Source: an uncultured virus (IMG/VR IMGVR_UViG_3300020727_000014)
Lineage: Duplodnaviria > Heunggongvirae > Uroviricota > Caudoviricetes
Virus record (IMG/VR): IMGVR_UViG_3300020727_000014
Reading direction: 5' to 3' (one strand)
DNA length: 64,000 bases
In this document: positions 23,081 to 34,038 of the stretch, piece by piece
Layout of the letters: each line of letters starts with the position of its first letter
Numbering within the stretch: the first letter of the stretch is position 1
Position numbers and translations under genes: made by a program
Notes under the pieces: model-generated
Database searches by the model: none
What the model was told of the DNA's origin: nothing
The model's input: the letters and a program-made list of their open reading frames with translations, nothing else

Positions 23081-24049
23081 TTATGCAGCCATATCAAGTA
23101 ATGTTTTCTGAGTTTGTAATTTAATTTTCTCAGCAGTACCGTAGAAAGAATGCCAAAATTTTGCACTTTCAGTTTTCGATTTTATATTATTACTAAAATA
23201 ATCTGTCACACCTTGAAGAGTGTTGTATAGAGTTCCTTGACCGAAATTTGAACCATTACCATATTTGTAAAGTTGCATAATATCATTAACTTTTTTAACT
23301 GTAGTTCCATGTTGATCTTCTGCAGAAACATCTTTGTTGTAAAATATTTCATTATAAATCTTACGAACATCAGAATCGGAAACAGTTACTGAAGCCAATT
23401 TACGCATATTCTCCATAAATTTTTCTTGAGATTCTTCAATTAAACCCAAATTTAATTTTGCACGATTTACATTAAATTCAGTAGAATGTGGAACCTTGAC
23501 CATATTAGCTGATTTCTCGTCAATAGCCATAGTTAAGGTATTTGAACAAACTGTTCTAACAGAAGTTGTTTTAGCAGTTGTAGCCATCGAACCATCTAAT
23601 GAAGTTGCCAATAAAAGATATCCAGTGATTTTATCTCCTTTAATTATTTCAATATCGTTTAGTTTGGCTGTAGCGAAGAATCGTTTACCGCCAAATAAAG
23701 AACCACATGATGACATCTCCATACCATTTTTATCTAAAAGATCAGCAAAAAAGTCCACAACTTCGCTTGGTTGAACGATTTTATAAGAATCGCTCACTAC
23801 TGATAAAGGTGCGTTATTATCGCTGCGAAACAGTGCCATTTTATCAGGAAAGACTGTTGGAATATCATCGCGGTTGTTGAATAAAATAGGACTAGATACA
23901 GCTTCCCATTCTAAACCTGCTTCGCGTTTCCATTCAGTTAGGGGTGCATGTAAAGGAAGGACATTACCTTCTCCATGCCAAACACTTCCATGTTCAGCAA
24001 CATAAGCATAATTCACACGGTCGTTAGAGTAGTCAAGATTTGCAGCCAT
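23081..24049 (-). CDS. DUF932 family phage/plasmid protein
   Basis: WHG.G...AGL.W...RSD...L.VVS..Y..VQP...GSL.GGKR.F...YLLLATS.DGS...T.VR.VC.NTL. Confidence 0.85.
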   Translation of the reverse strand: MAANLDYSNDRVNYAYVAEHGSVWHGEGNVLPLHAPLTEWKREAGLEWEAVSSPILFNNRDDIPTVFPDKMALFRSDNNAPLSVVSDSYKIVQPSEVVDFFADLLDKNGMEMSSCGSLFGGKRFFATAKLNDIEIIKGDKITGYLLLATSLDGSMATTAKTTSVRTVCSNTLTMAIDEKSANMVKVPHSTEFNVNRAKLNLGLIEESQEKFMENMRKLASVTVSDSDVRKIYNEIFYNKDVSAEDQHGTTVKKVNDIMQLYKYGNGSNFGQGTLYNTLQGVTDYFSNNIKSKTESAKFWHSFYGTAEKIKLQTQKTLLDMAA

Positions 24050-24130
24050 AATATATTCTCCTTAAGAGGTTTTAAATTAATTTCAAAGTATGACTTATTA
24101 TACTAAATCTGATGGAAAGTGTCAAGCACT

Positions 24131-24940
24131 TTACTTATTAAATATTTGAATTAAATTTATTCCTGAAATGACATAATCATAATTGCCAGAACCTTGTGTT
24201 GCAAGACCCACACCAGCAAACAATTCTAAATGTCTATTAAACATAACTGTTCCTTGTATGACCGTTCCAGAAACATTAGATCTTCCATCATAGAAATCTA
24301 AATTCAATTTTAATCGTTTCGGCCAAAGGATTGCTTCCATACCATACATCATACCCCAATATGAAGTCGTTGTTGTCAATGCTTGATTGGCATAATATGT
24401 TCCCATATGATATGCTAATCTATCTTTAATAAATTCATAATCATTATCAATAAAATAAAATTCGTGTAATGTAGAGGCATTAATTTTATTTGGATCCAAA
24501 CTTTTTGACATTGGAAAAACTAATCCAGTTTGGGTTCCAAATGTTGTGGAAGAATTATTAAGAACTTCAGAAAAATAATTACAAGCAGAACCGCAATCTA
24601 AATTATCAAAAACATAATTATGTTTAAAAGTTTTATTGATGTTTATATAAGTATCATTTTCAAAATTTTGAGCTTGTTGGAGGTTTCCTGAATATTCATT
24701 TATATTCTGAGAAATTATTCCAAAATCCCATCCATGTGTTGAATAGTTTATAGATGGGTTGCCATATTGAGTTTGGTTATATTGATAAGAATCTTGTTCA
24801 TAATTTATGACTAATCTATTTTTATCTTCGTCATTGTCTTCAATAGATAAAGTATTTGTAACAGGTCTAGATATTTTATGTCCGCCTTCAGCAAAAACTG
24901 TATTTGATAACAATAATAATATTAAAATTAGATATTTCAT
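24131..24940 (-). CDS. hypothetical exported protein (possible outer-membrane beta-barrel)
   Basis: Signal peptide; alternating aromatic/hydrophobic strands near the C-terminus. Confidence 0.45.
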   Translation of the reverse strand: MKYLILILLLLSNTVFAEGGHKISRPVTNTLSIEDNDEDKNRLVINYEQDSYQYNQTQYGNPSINYSTHGWDFGIISQNINEYSGNLQQAQNFENDTYININKTFKHNYVFDNLDCGSACNYFSEVLNNSSTTFGTQTGLVFPMSKSLDPNKINASTLHEFYFIDNDYEFIKDRLAYHMGTYYANQALTTTTSYWGMMYGMEAILWPKRLKLNLDFYDGRSNVSGTVIQGTVMFNRHLELFAGVGLATQGSGNYDYVISGINLIQIFNK

Positions 24941-25677
24941 AATTTTTCTAAATTTCTTATATATCTTGTCATGTCATGATTAACAAAAAAATTTACTTCC
25001 CCTTTAGACAATCCAACAAAAAACCCTTTAATTCTGTCTTTGGCTATTTGTAGAGCTGTCATATTTGCAATATTTCCATCATGATCAAAATACATTAAAA
25101 TTCCATGATGCCAATATGGGTATACTGGATTCCTTGTTATAATATCAGCATTATTAACCCATCTTACATGTAAAATGTTTAAAGAATTTAATGATTGAAC
25201 ATATTCTTTGTCTCCAACTTTCGGACTGCCGAATGTGTACAATAAAGGTTTTGGTAATTCTTTAAATCTGTGACATCGAATTGCTATGATTGTTGCCATA
25301 GCAGCACCTAAACTGTGACCAGTTAACCAAACACGTCTACTAGGCGCATATTTTAAAAATAAATCTCCAAGATCTCCCCAGATATTGTTTACCTTTTCTT
25401 TAAATCCAGCATGAACGTGTCCAATACCATAATTACTTGGTACCAATGCAAATTTAATATCAGAAATTATATCTGCAAGTTTTGTTGGTCTAGTTCCTCT
25501 ACAAACGACAATTACATCAGTATCATTATACAAAAAATATGCTTGACTGTTATTTTTGTTTATGCAAATACTTTTATAGCCAAATTTTTCAAAAGATTGA
25601 TTGTCATTATATGCAAGATTTGAAAGTTTAGCAAATAATAATGATATTGATGCAGTCGATTTATGTTCTAACATCAT
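24937..25677 (-). CDS. lipase class 3
   Basis: RGT...HVHAGF...LTGHSLGAA...YTFGSPKVG...NNADII...P...H motifs. Confidence 0.9.
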   Translation of the reverse strand: MMLEHKSTASISLLFAKLSNLAYNDNQSFEKFGYKSICINKNNSQAYFLYNDTDVIVVCRGTRPTKLADIISDIKFALVPSNYGIGHVHAGFKEKVNNIWGDLGDLFLKYAPSRRVWLTGHSLGAAMATIIAIRCHRFKELPKPLLYTFGSPKVGDKEYVQSLNSLNILHVRWVNNADIITRNPVYPYWHHGILMYFDHDGNIANMTALQIAKDRIKGFFVGLSKGEVNFFVNHDMTRYIRNLEKL

Positions 25678-25808
25678 TTAATACCATGAGTATCTTTCCC
25701 TTTAAGAGATTTTCTTAAAGTTTTAAACCAAAGTTTTTTCTCTTTCACTGTATCGTGTTCTATACACGCTTTGTACATATTTTTAATAATTTTTTTAAGT
25801 TTCATTTA

Positions 25809-26429
25809 TCAATCCCAATGGTGCTGAAAATATTTTCCAAAAAGTCTAAACCCATTATCAATACGTTTTTGATATTCTTTCATACCATCATAATCGCATT
25901 TATATGTATCTTTTGGACCTCGTATAATTTGACTTAAACCATTTTCACCTTTTATTATATCTAAGTCATGTTCACCAGTTCTAAACTGGTCTTCCCAATC
26001 AGTAATTAAAGATTGAAAAGCAAATATTTCTTCATCAAGAACCCATTCCCATCGTTTATGGAAATTTTCGTCAGTATCCCATTCACATTCGACTCTTGGA
26101 GCGTTCATTGATTTTAAATGGTAAGGAACATCTTCATCATCAACAAAAGGGGATCCTTGTTTACCCTCTTTCAATTGTTTTAACATCGGTAGGATAATAG
26201 GAGCTAACGTCGTGTCCATAGACCAAACATCCCAAGGATCAATTTTTATATAATTAATTCTTGGGTGAATAAAATCTAGAAAATTCTGATTCCATTCACA
26301 AATAGTTTGTAACCATTTTGGTGGATCTTTGTCGTATATATCATAACCCTTTCTCCAGAAGAAAAACTTCTCTAAAATAACATAGGGCGACAGCCAATGA
26401 TTTCTAAAATTTGAAGTATATATTTTCAT
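25809..26429 (-). CDS. conserved phage hypothetical protein
   Basis: ORF track; Trp-rich (D.WSMD.TLA.IILPML.QLK...GFRLFGKY). Confidence 0.6.
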   Translation of the reverse strand: MKIYTSNFRNHWLSPYVILEKFFFWRKGYDIYDKDPPKWLQTICEWNQNFLDFIHPRINYIKIDPWDVWSMDTTLAPIILPMLKQLKEGKQGSPFVDDEDVPYHLKSMNAPRVECEWDTDENFHKRWEWVLDEEIFAFQSLITDWEDQFRTGEHDLDIIKGENGLSQIIRGPKDTYKCDYDGMKEYQKRIDNGFRLFGKYFQHHWD

Positions 26430-27307
26430 TTTTTAATTAAGTTCTCTTTAAAGATTTTCCAACAATTTTCCCATGTCCATCTACTGCTATTTTCGTAAAC
26501 TTTATTTCTATCTAAATATAAACAAGCTTGTACAGCATCTTCAAGATTTTCATTCATAAAACCTGTAACACCTTGTTCTAAAATATCAATCGGTCCTGGA
26601 ACAGGATAAGCAGCAACGGGTGTTCCTACACTTAGACTTTCGATGATAACGATACCAAATGTATCAGTCTTGCTCGTAAATACAAAAACATCAGCTTCGT
26701 TAAAATATGATGCTAATTCTGATCCAGTTTTCTTTCCGACAAATGTAATATCTGGATATTTCTTTTTCAATTCATTAAGATAAGGACCATCACCTACAAT
26801 TATCTTATCAACACGATAATCGTTTAACTGTAGTTCGCAAAAATCGTCAAGCCCTTTTTCTTTACTTACTCTACCAACGCTTAATAGTGTGATTGGTTTT
26901 CTAAATGTTCTATCAGTTCTTTTAAAAATAGTTCTATCAACCCCTCGTGTCCATGGGATTATATCACCATCAAAACCGTGCGATTTTAGATCATCAACCA
27001 TTGTTTGTGTGGTTGTAAGAACCTTTCCGGAATGTTTATGGAACCACCTAACATATGAATATGTAATTGATTCTGGAATATTATATAACTCTTTAAGAAA
27101 CTCTGGGAATTTTGTATGGTATGCGGTCGATTTGTTTAACTTATCAAGTGATGAATAAGCATCTTCTATATCAAGAAATGAAACGTGGTTTTGGTGATAA
27201 TTTGATTCGTGATAATACCACCAAATCCCCCATGATTTTGTTTGAGGATAATACCAAATTATCCCATTTTCATCCATTTTTGAAATTATTCTATGCTGTG
27301 CCATCAC
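26426..27307 (-). CDS. glycosyltransferase family 4 with atypical N-terminus
   Basis: TAYHTKFPE...RGVD...LSVGRVSKEK...ADVFVF.SKTDTFG.V.IES...GTPVAAYP. Confidence 0.85.
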   Translation of the reverse strand: MMAQHRIISKMDENGIIWYYPQTKSWGIWWYYHESNYHQNHVSFLDIEDAYSSLDKLNKSTAYHTKFPEFLKELYNIPESITYSYVRWFHKHSGKVLTTTQTMVDDLKSHGFDGDIIPWTRGVDRTIFKRTDRTFRKPITLLSVGRVSKEKGLDDFCELQLNDYRVDKIIVGDGPYLNELKKKYPDITFVGKKTGSELASYFNEADVFVFTSKTDTFGIVIIESLSVGTPVAAYPVPGPIDILEQGVTGFMNENLEDAVQACLYLDRNKVYENSSRWTWENCWKIFKENLIKK

Positions 27308-27731
27308 TATTCACCTTTGTTACAAAAATATCAAGTTTTTTATCATCAGACCAATTTTTACAATAATTATTATCTTTATCACAAATATTTAATAATTCTT
27401 CTTTTGATACTACTCTATGCGATACAATAGTTTCACCTAAATCTTTTTGAGAAAACTCTGAAGCTTCTTCCATAACTACAGTATCTAATGCCAATTCAGA
27501 TTTACCTTTAGGAACTTCTACCATATATCTCATTCTATATTGTTGTATACATTCTACTAATACGAATTCAGTTTCTTCTTTTTCAACTCTTTTCAATGTA
27601 AAACCTCCATCACTATTATCGATAAACTCTACAATATTATTTTCTGATAATTCAGCTTTAATTAAAATATCTTCTGGTAAATCGATATATAAATCACCGT
27701 TTATATCTTCTTTAATTGTTGTAATTGTCAT
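27291..27731 (-). CDS. hypothetical protein with AbrB/MazE-like N-terminus
   Basis: GDLYIDLPEDIL..A.L.E...V.F....G...L.R pattern. Confidence 0.5.
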   Translation of the reverse strand: MTITTIKEDINGDLYIDLPEDILIKAELSENNIVEFIDNSDGGFTLKRVEKEETEFVLVECIQQYRMRYMVEVPKGKSELALDTVVMEEASEFSQKDLGETIVSHRVVSKEELLNICDKDNNYCKNWSDDKKLDIFVTKVNSDGTA

Positions 27732-28354
27732 AATGTATTTCCATGTATATCAGTTTTTCTACCGCCAGTTTGAATAGATCCACCACTATAAGATGATTCT
27801 CTAGGAGTAAATTGAGGTGGTGAGTTATTAGACGAAACTTCATATGTCCATTCTACAACAGCATTATCTTTAGTAACAGTTATTTCAGCATTATCAGGAA
27901 GAATTACTTTCTCCTTAACATAATTTCTTATTGCACATTGTACATCTTCTCGTGTTAATATCAATTTCATAATCAAATCCTAATGTGGTTTGTCAAATAT
28001 AAGGTCTAAAATCTCTTGGAATATATGAAATGAGTAACCGACTACTGCATAAACTACATTGTTTTCGATATGAAAATGGTTATCCATAATTACAAATACA
28101 CCAATCCAACTTATACAAAATATTATACATTTCATTTTTCATCCTATAATTAAAAATATAGTTTATTATACTATATTCGTATCAAAATATCAAGCACTTT
28201 ATTTTGGATAGTTATCGGAATTACACATCGATGGGTTTTTTGAAAATGAAGAACATGGATTTTCTGAAGCTACTTCTATTTGTATGTAAACAAAAATTAA
28301 AATTCCAAGAATTATAATTGCCAATGTTCTCATAATACCACCTCTGTTAAAAAA

Positions 28355-29164
28355 TTAAAGTTCTACATAATACAATTTAAAATTAATGAATGATTGCTCG
28401 TGTCTATATCCTCTTGGGTTACACAAAATTCTTGTATCGCCAACCATATAATCCCAATTGTTGTGAGTGTGTCCTGCTATCCACAATTTTATTTGTGGTC
28501 TATTTTCTATAAATTCAGTTAAATCTGAACAATATCCACCATTCATTAATTCGTCATCTTTAAATTCATCTGCGATACTTAATGGACTTGGTTGGTGGTG
28601 AGTAACAACAACTATTTTATTATCTGGTTTTGTTGCATCATTAAGAAACCATAAAGTATTGTTATGTTCTTCAATAGCATGATTTGGGGTAAATTTTCTG
28701 CCGTTTTTTTGGATAAGTCTAAAATCTCCCATATATCGTTTTATAATTTCTTTTGACGATTCACAATTATCATTCATATCTGTCCACAAAGTAGCACCAA
28801 CAAATTTAACACCATCAATAATAATACTTTCTTTTTCTAATATATGAAGGTTTTTAATATACTTTAATTTGTTTTTAATATTTGGAATTGTTTTATCAAA
28901 ATCAGAATGATATGATTCATGATTTCCGGCTACAAAAATGACATGTTTGAATAATTTTGAACATTGTGAGAAAAAATTGTGGATTCTAAATGAGCGAATA
29001 TTATTAATCAATTCAAAATCATCAGAATAATCTATATTCTGATCTTTAAGATCATTTGCTACAAAGATATCTCCAGCAAGAACTAAAATGTCTGCCCCAT
29101 TTGTATTGTTTATTTCTATGCCACTCGACTCCAAATGGAGGTCGGACATATACGCAATTTTCAT
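28355..29164 (-). CDS. calcineurin-like metallophosphoesterase
   Basis: SDLHLE, LAGDI, AGNHE, THHQP, GHTH, NPRGY motifs. Confidence 0.9.
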   Translation of the reverse strand: MKIAYMSDLHLESSGIEINNTNGADILVLAGDIFVANDLKDQNIDYSDDFELINNIRSFRIHNFFSQCSKLFKHVIFVAGNHESYHSDFDKTIPNIKNKLKYIKNLHILEKESIIIDGVKFVGATLWTDMNDNCESSKEIIKRYMGDFRLIQKNGRKFTPNHAIEEHNNTLWFLNDATKPDNKIVVVTHHQPSPLSIADEFKDDELMNGGYCSDLTEFIENRPQIKLWIAGHTHNNWDYMVGDTRILCNPRGYRHEQSFINFKLYYVEL

Positions 29165-29986
29165 CCAAAATTCCTATTAATTAAATTTTTTCCTATTATT
29201 ATATCCCTATCGGATAAAATATTTCCGTATACTGTACTAAAAAATTCATCATCTTTAACCATTTTTAATAATTGGTCTTTTGTAAAATCCAATTCTATAT
29301 TCTTTTTCATATGAGAAAATTTGTATGATAATTCTGTATTATATTCAACTGTTGTATCATCAAATTGTATTAAATTTAGTTTCCATCGACTATTAAACAT
29401 GTTCAATTATTTCAATTGTAGATATTTCTTTTACTGTAATTTCTGATTCTTTTAACACAACACAATCTTCTTTATTGACCCATCGGATTCCATCACATTT
29501 TACAGTATAAACTCCTTCATGGATAATTTGATATCCAGAATCTTCAGTTATTCTAAAATCTACAGAAGCCCAATATATTTCATCAATGTGATTTGCATAC
29601 CAATATGTTGGAAGTTTTGCTTTAATGATTTGAATTTGATACCCTTTCATCCGACCCTCGTCAATTTACTATCTGGTAGTATTATAAAATTGGTGTTATT
29701 AAATCTGATAATTCTCTATCGATTGCATCGATCTCTTTTTGTATGTTATACTTTTCTTCTTTAATATATAACATTTCAATATCAAGTTCCGTCATCAATG
29801 CTTCGAGTTTGAACTTTTCAACCAATAATTTGCGTTCCGTCATCTTCCTTTCCTAAATTTATATTCAGATTCTAAAATCGCATATATAATTAGGGGCGAT
29901 AATAAAAATGCTACTGTTAAAATACAAAGTTGTAGAGCTTTTGTAACAATCCAATCTATCATAATATGACCCCTAAACGAAACTAT

Positions 29987-30523
29987 TTATATAAATGCTG
30001 GCGTTTCTCTATTTTTCCATTTATGTAAATGAATTTTTCCCTCGCGAACATATTTTTGATAACTTGCTATTGAATTATTTTTAATGATATATTGTGGAGG
30101 CATTGCAAGTGTAGGCTCTGTAAAACTTTTTTGTTGAATATTATTAGGAACATTAGTATATAACATATCAACAAGACCAATCTGTTCACATTTATGAATT
30201 TTTCCATATCTGTAAGTATATTCTTTGCATAATTCTGATAATAATTCAGCTAACCACATATAATTTTCTGAAGATTGTCTTGCCCAAATGACAGAAGGAT
30301 GGTTTATGTGAGTAGCTTTATATAATATAGCATCTCTATCGTCATCAAGTTTCCAGCGTTTGATTTTACGACCTGAAGATGCATGGACATACTCAACACC
30401 ATCTAATACGCGATGAGCGGTAGATAGTAACTGACAAGATTCTTTTATTTGAGAAACTACGTGTCTATTTGTATGCCATAGTGCACAAATTGTTGGATTG
30501 TGATTAGTATAAAAGATATTCAT
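29987..30523 (-). CDS. pyrimidine-dimer DNA glycosylase/DenV-like family protein
   Basis: MNIF...H...HV...E..QLLSTAH...YK.TH.NHPS..W.R...EYT.RYGK.H. Confidence 0.6.
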   Translation of the reverse strand: MNIFYTNHNPTICALWHTNRHVVSQIKESCQLLSTAHRVLDGVEYVHASSGRKIKRWKLDDDRDAILYKATHINHPSVIWARQSSENYMWLAELLSELCKEYTYRYGKIHKCEQIGLVDMLYTNVPNNIQQKSFTEPTLAMPPQYIIKNNSIASYQKYVREGKIHLHKWKNRETPAFI

Positions 30524-30592
30524 AAAATTCCTAAAAATTTAAAAGTATAGATATATTATATCTTAAATGTATTTTAAAAACAAGCACTTTTT

Positions 30593-30913
30593 ATGAATGA
30601 AAGAATCAAAGCTCCAGAACCTAGGGAAATGTACCAAAGGATAAAATCCAGTGCTAAGAAAAGAGGAATTCCTTTTGATATGACAGTTTATGATTTTTAT
30701 TTAATAGATTTTCCAATCACATGTCCTATTTTAAATATTCCTTTAAAATGGAATAGAGGAACTCCTCAAGATAATAGTTATAGTTTTGATAGAATTGATT
30801 CATCTAAAGGATATGTTCTAGATAATTTAGAAGTTATATCCTTTAGAGCCAATCGAGCAAAAAATAATTTAACTGAAGAAGAATTAAAGAAATTGGGGTT
30901 ATATTATTCTTAA
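30593..30913 (+). CDS. small HNH-like endonuclease
   Basis: CP.L...S.DRID..KGY...N...IS..AN..K pattern; opposite strand to its neighbours. Confidence 0.7.
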   Translation: MNERIKAPEPREMYQRIKSSAKKRGIPFDMTVYDFYLIDFPITCPILNIPLKWNRGTPQDNSYSFDRIDSSKGYVLDNLEVISFRANRAKNNLTEEELKKLGLYYS

Positions 30914-31335
30914 ATCGGTTGATTTGGCCAAACTGTTTCGAGTGGAAATCCTGATTGGAGAGTAATGTCCCTCAATTGTTGTCTATAAACTTTCCATTCA
31001 TCTTTCTTTTCTTCTGATAATGGAGAATCTAAGCCCTGTGTCCAATCAGAATTAGATAATAATATCTGTCTTTGATTGTATATTGAAAGTTTGCAGTTGT
31101 CTGTTGATATTAAAGATTTTATTTCTTCAACATTTTTCACACCAAGAACATTATTTTTTCTTTCATCAACTTTTGAACAATTTTGAAATGATTCTAATAC
31201 TTGATTTAATCTATCTCCAGTAACAAAATTTTCATTTTCTATCGGCAATATTACTTTAAATGTGTTATTAGTTTCCTCAAATATAATTTCCAATTCCCCA
31301 TATTCTGGATAATAATTTATTATTTTATATGACAT
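30910..31335 (-). CDS. phage tail assembly chaperone-like protein
   Basis: C-terminal R..LL..SDWTQ..D.PL...W..YRQ.LRDI..Q.GFP....WP. Confidence 0.8.
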   Translation of the reverse strand: MSYKIINYYPEYGELEIIFEETNNTFKVILPIENENFVTGDRLNQVLESFQNCSKVDERKNNVLGVKNVEEIKSLISTDNCKLSIYNQRQILLSNSDWTQGLDSPLSEEKKDEWKVYRQQLRDITLQSGFPLETVWPNQPI

Positions 31336-31343
31336 ATTTTTCC

Positions 31344-31547
31344 TTAATTATTTTCTTTAAAATCCCAAGCTTCATCTGATTTTGCCTCAACTCTTCCCCA
31401 TTTTCCTATTGGGCAATATGAATAGCTCCATCTAATTTTAGCCTCAATAATACACCCACATTCTGAACACATTAACATTTTTTTACTTTGACAATTATCG
31501 CATATTACTTTTCTTTCTTTTGCATCTTCTGAGCTTGCGAATAACAT
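31344..31547 (-). CDS. small Cys-rich protein
   Basis: R..IC..C...C.ECGC....K......CP.GKW. Confidence 0.6.
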   Translation of the reverse strand: MLFASSEDAKERKVICDNCQSKKMLMCSECGCIIEAKIRWSYSYCPIGKWGRVEAKSDEAWDFKENN

Positions 31548-31550
31548 TGT

Positions 31551-32273
31551 TTAAATCATTCCTGTAAATGTATAAGGACCTGTATGGGACAAATTAACCC
31601 ATGGTGCTCCATATATTGTATAACCATTTTCTTTTGCTAATTTACAAAAATAATAATCTTCTGATAATAGAGTTTTTGTTTTTTCGCAAATACAAGTATT
31701 AAAATATTGATATAATAAAAATGTTGGCGCATTAATCGCCAATTGATCTGGAGTTAGTCCATCAAAAAAATATGTATCAACCTTATCCATCAAATTAAGA
31801 AATACTTCTTTTTTAATTAACATAAATCCAGTTCCTCCGTGCTCAATATTTAATAATGAATTTTCATCTAAATCCATATTATTTACACCGCATACAAAAT
31901 CCCCTGTAAAATTTTTCAGATAGTAAGATTCTACATTTTGTTTTACAGCTTCTGAAACCTTTGTCCAATTTATACCTTTTTTTGGATAAATCCCACACAT
32001 AATGTCTTTATCTATTGTCATCATCGTAACGATATCTTTAGGATCAAACCCGATATCCGAATCAATAAACATTAAGTGGGTTGCATCAGAATCTAAAAAT
32101 GCTTTTACTATTTGATTCCTTGCTCTTGTTATTAAAGCATCATTTGTGACATAATGATACATCAACTCTAGCCCATTTGTATGAAATATTCCAGGAACTT
32201 GCATTAACGAATTAGAATAATTTATATTACACATTCCACCATAAACTGGTGTACCAATCATAACTTTTTTCAT
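31551..32273 (-). CDS. glycosyltransferase (GT-A fold)
   Basis: GTPVYGG...LITRARN...FIDSDI...GTGFMLI...LSEDY.FC. Confidence 0.8.
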   Translation of the reverse strand: MKKVMIGTPVYGGMCNINYSNSLMQVPGIFHTNGLELMYHYVTNDALITRARNQIVKAFLDSDATHLMFIDSDIGFDPKDIVTMMTIDKDIMCGIYPKKGINWTKVSEAVKQNVESYYLKNFTGDFVCGVNNMDLDENSLLNIEHGGTGFMLIKKEVFLNLMDKVDTYFFDGLTPDQLAINAPTFLLYQYFNTCICEKTKTLLSEDYYFCKLAKENGYTIYGAPWVNLSHTGPYTFTGMI

Positions 32274-32277
32274 ATTT

Positions 32278-32955
32278 TTACCATGCTATTAAAACTGCTC
32301 CACCACCTGCGCCTGCGCCTGCACCAGCTCCACCAGCTCCACCAACACCATATCCTGTGCCATTAGACCCACCTGCTCCACCATACCAATTACCTCCACC
32401 ACCGCCTCCACCGCCAGACGGAGACCCACCTGCTCCACCACCTTTATTGCCACACCCACCTGGACCTCCACCACCACCAGTTGCTGTGTATCCAGCAAAA
32501 GAAGAGTTACCACCAGCGCCACCGGAATATCCGCCAGTACAAGTTCCATAATATGGACCACCACCACCGCCTGCCCCAACAGAAACAGCTATGGCTGAGT
32601 ATGGAGCAACTCCTATTCCAATATTTTGGTATTTTCCACCAGATCCGCCCCCAGACCCTTGGTAACCATCACCACAAAAACATAAAGCACCACCACCACC
32701 ACCAGCGCCAAAAATTGATGCAACAATATATCCAACACCCCTAGGAACATAAAATGTAAAATTTCCAGGAGACAAATAATTTGCCTGTGTAGTTGCAGTT
32801 TTACCAAAAAAATTTGCAAATGATATGGATCCAGAAGATAACCCTGCAAGCGTTCGTACATCATAATCGTTTAATGTTCCAGGAGTTGTAGCAGTTATAT
32901 GTAATTCTGTATTTATACTAGAAAATGCAATTGCTCCTGATGATTGTAAAGTCAT
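32278..32955 (-). CDS. glycine-rich tail/fibre-tip protein
   Basis: MTL.SSG.I.FS.IN.EL N-terminus plus Gly-rich repeats; two minus-strand TATAAATA upstream (32991-32998, 33000-33007). Confidence 0.75.
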   Translation of the reverse strand: MTLQSSGAIAFSSINTELHITATTPGTLNDYDVRTLAGLSSGSISFANFFGKTATTQANYLSPGNFTFYVPRGVGYIVASIFGAGGGGGALCFCGDGYQGSGGGSGGKYQNIGIGVAPYSAIAVSVGAGGGGGPYYGTCTGGYSGGAGGNSSFAGYTATGGGGGPGGCGNKGGGAGGSPSGGGGGGGGNWYGGAGGSNGTGYGVGGAGGAGAGAGAGGGAVLIAW

Positions 32956-33148
32956 ATATATATTCCAATATTAAATTATTTAAGTTATAGTATTTATACT
33001 ATTTATACCATTTTTGATAGAAAATATCCAAACATAAATGTAATTATTAACGAATTTACAATATATAATAATTCTATAATTATTTTTCTGGTATTACTTA
33101 TTATCTGCATAATGATTTTAAGTTGTAGATTAAAATTAATGTTGTCAA

Positions 33149-33574
33149 TTATAAATCTTTAAATGTATCATTTAATTTTTGACAAACTAATGCAACTTCT
33201 TCTTTGACTGTAAATCCTGGAAGTATTTCTACATCGCATTTAATTGGTTTTTCAAATAAATTATTAGTATTTTGATATATAGAAGTTTCTATTCTATTAA
33301 CCCATACTGTAAAGTCAGCATCAAATATATCACGTGTTTCTTGAAAAGGTGCAATAAAATCAACAATCACATATTTTGATTCATTCGAGGAACTGTTTGC
33401 TAAATCGCGCATTCGTTCGCTTTGACGAATTCGTCCATTATGACTAAAATCCCAATCATTAAATTGTTCTCTTACTGTATCTGCATTAAACCAAAGACAT
33501 TTTAATTTTTTCTGTAATGCTTTTGCTAATGCAGTTTTACCAGATCCAGGCAACCCCATTATTAATATTTTCAT
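33149..33574 (-). CDS. adenylyl-sulfate (APS) kinase-like P-loop protein
   Basis: GLPGSGKT...NAD.VR...DWDFS..GR.RQ..RM...DFIAP. Confidence 0.75.
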   Translation of the reverse strand: MKILIMGLPGSGKTALAKALQKKLKCLWFNADTVREQFNDWDFSHNGRIRQSERMRDLANSSSNESKYVIVDFIAPFQETRDIFDADFTVWVNRIETSIYQNTNNLFEKPIKCDVEILPGFTVKEEVALVCQKLNDTFKDL

Positions 33575-34038
33575 TTTTCAAACCTAATTGAATCAAAACC
33601 TTCTAGAAGTTCAGGTTTTTCATAACCATCTTTCATTTGTGATATAACACGTTGAGATATAATTTTACCTTTTCGACTTTTCAATCTTCGATTATGTTCT
33701 TTTTCTTGTGGTAAATCAAACACAATAGCTATCTTTAAATAATTGTCAGGGATTTGTTTTAACTTTAAAGCACGAGAAGCTTTATTAATATTTGTTTGAT
33801 CCCAAACGATATGCTTTTGATCATTTACTGCTGATGCTATTTCTGCATCCATTAGATTTTTAGCAATGTTATAATATTCTGCAAAAACCTCATTATATGT
33901 TTTGTTCAAATTTTTAGCATAGTTATCGATATGTTTATCTGTTGATACAATAGCTACTGTAGAATCAAATTTTTGCTTTTCCACCCAAGTAGATTTGCCA
34001 GAAGCAGGCAATCCGACCAGCATGTATAATTTGGGCAT
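33571..34038 (-). CDS. AAA_33/polynucleotide-kinase-like P-loop protein
   Basis: VGLPASGKST...STD...WDQTN....R...R...R...P...EGF. Confidence 0.8.
   Translation of the reverse strand: MPKLYMLVGLPASGKSTWVEKQKFDSTVAIVSTDKHIDNYAKNLNKTYNEVFAEYYNIAKNLMDAEIASAVNDQKHIVWDQTNINKASRALKLKQIPDNYLKIAIVFDLPQEKEHNRRLKSRKGKIISQRVISQMKDGYEKPELLEGFDSIRFEK

Noticed and set aside
32289..32864. Alternative-frame and Pro-rich antisense ORFs
   Set aside because: By-products of GGN codon runs in the Gly-rich fibre gene
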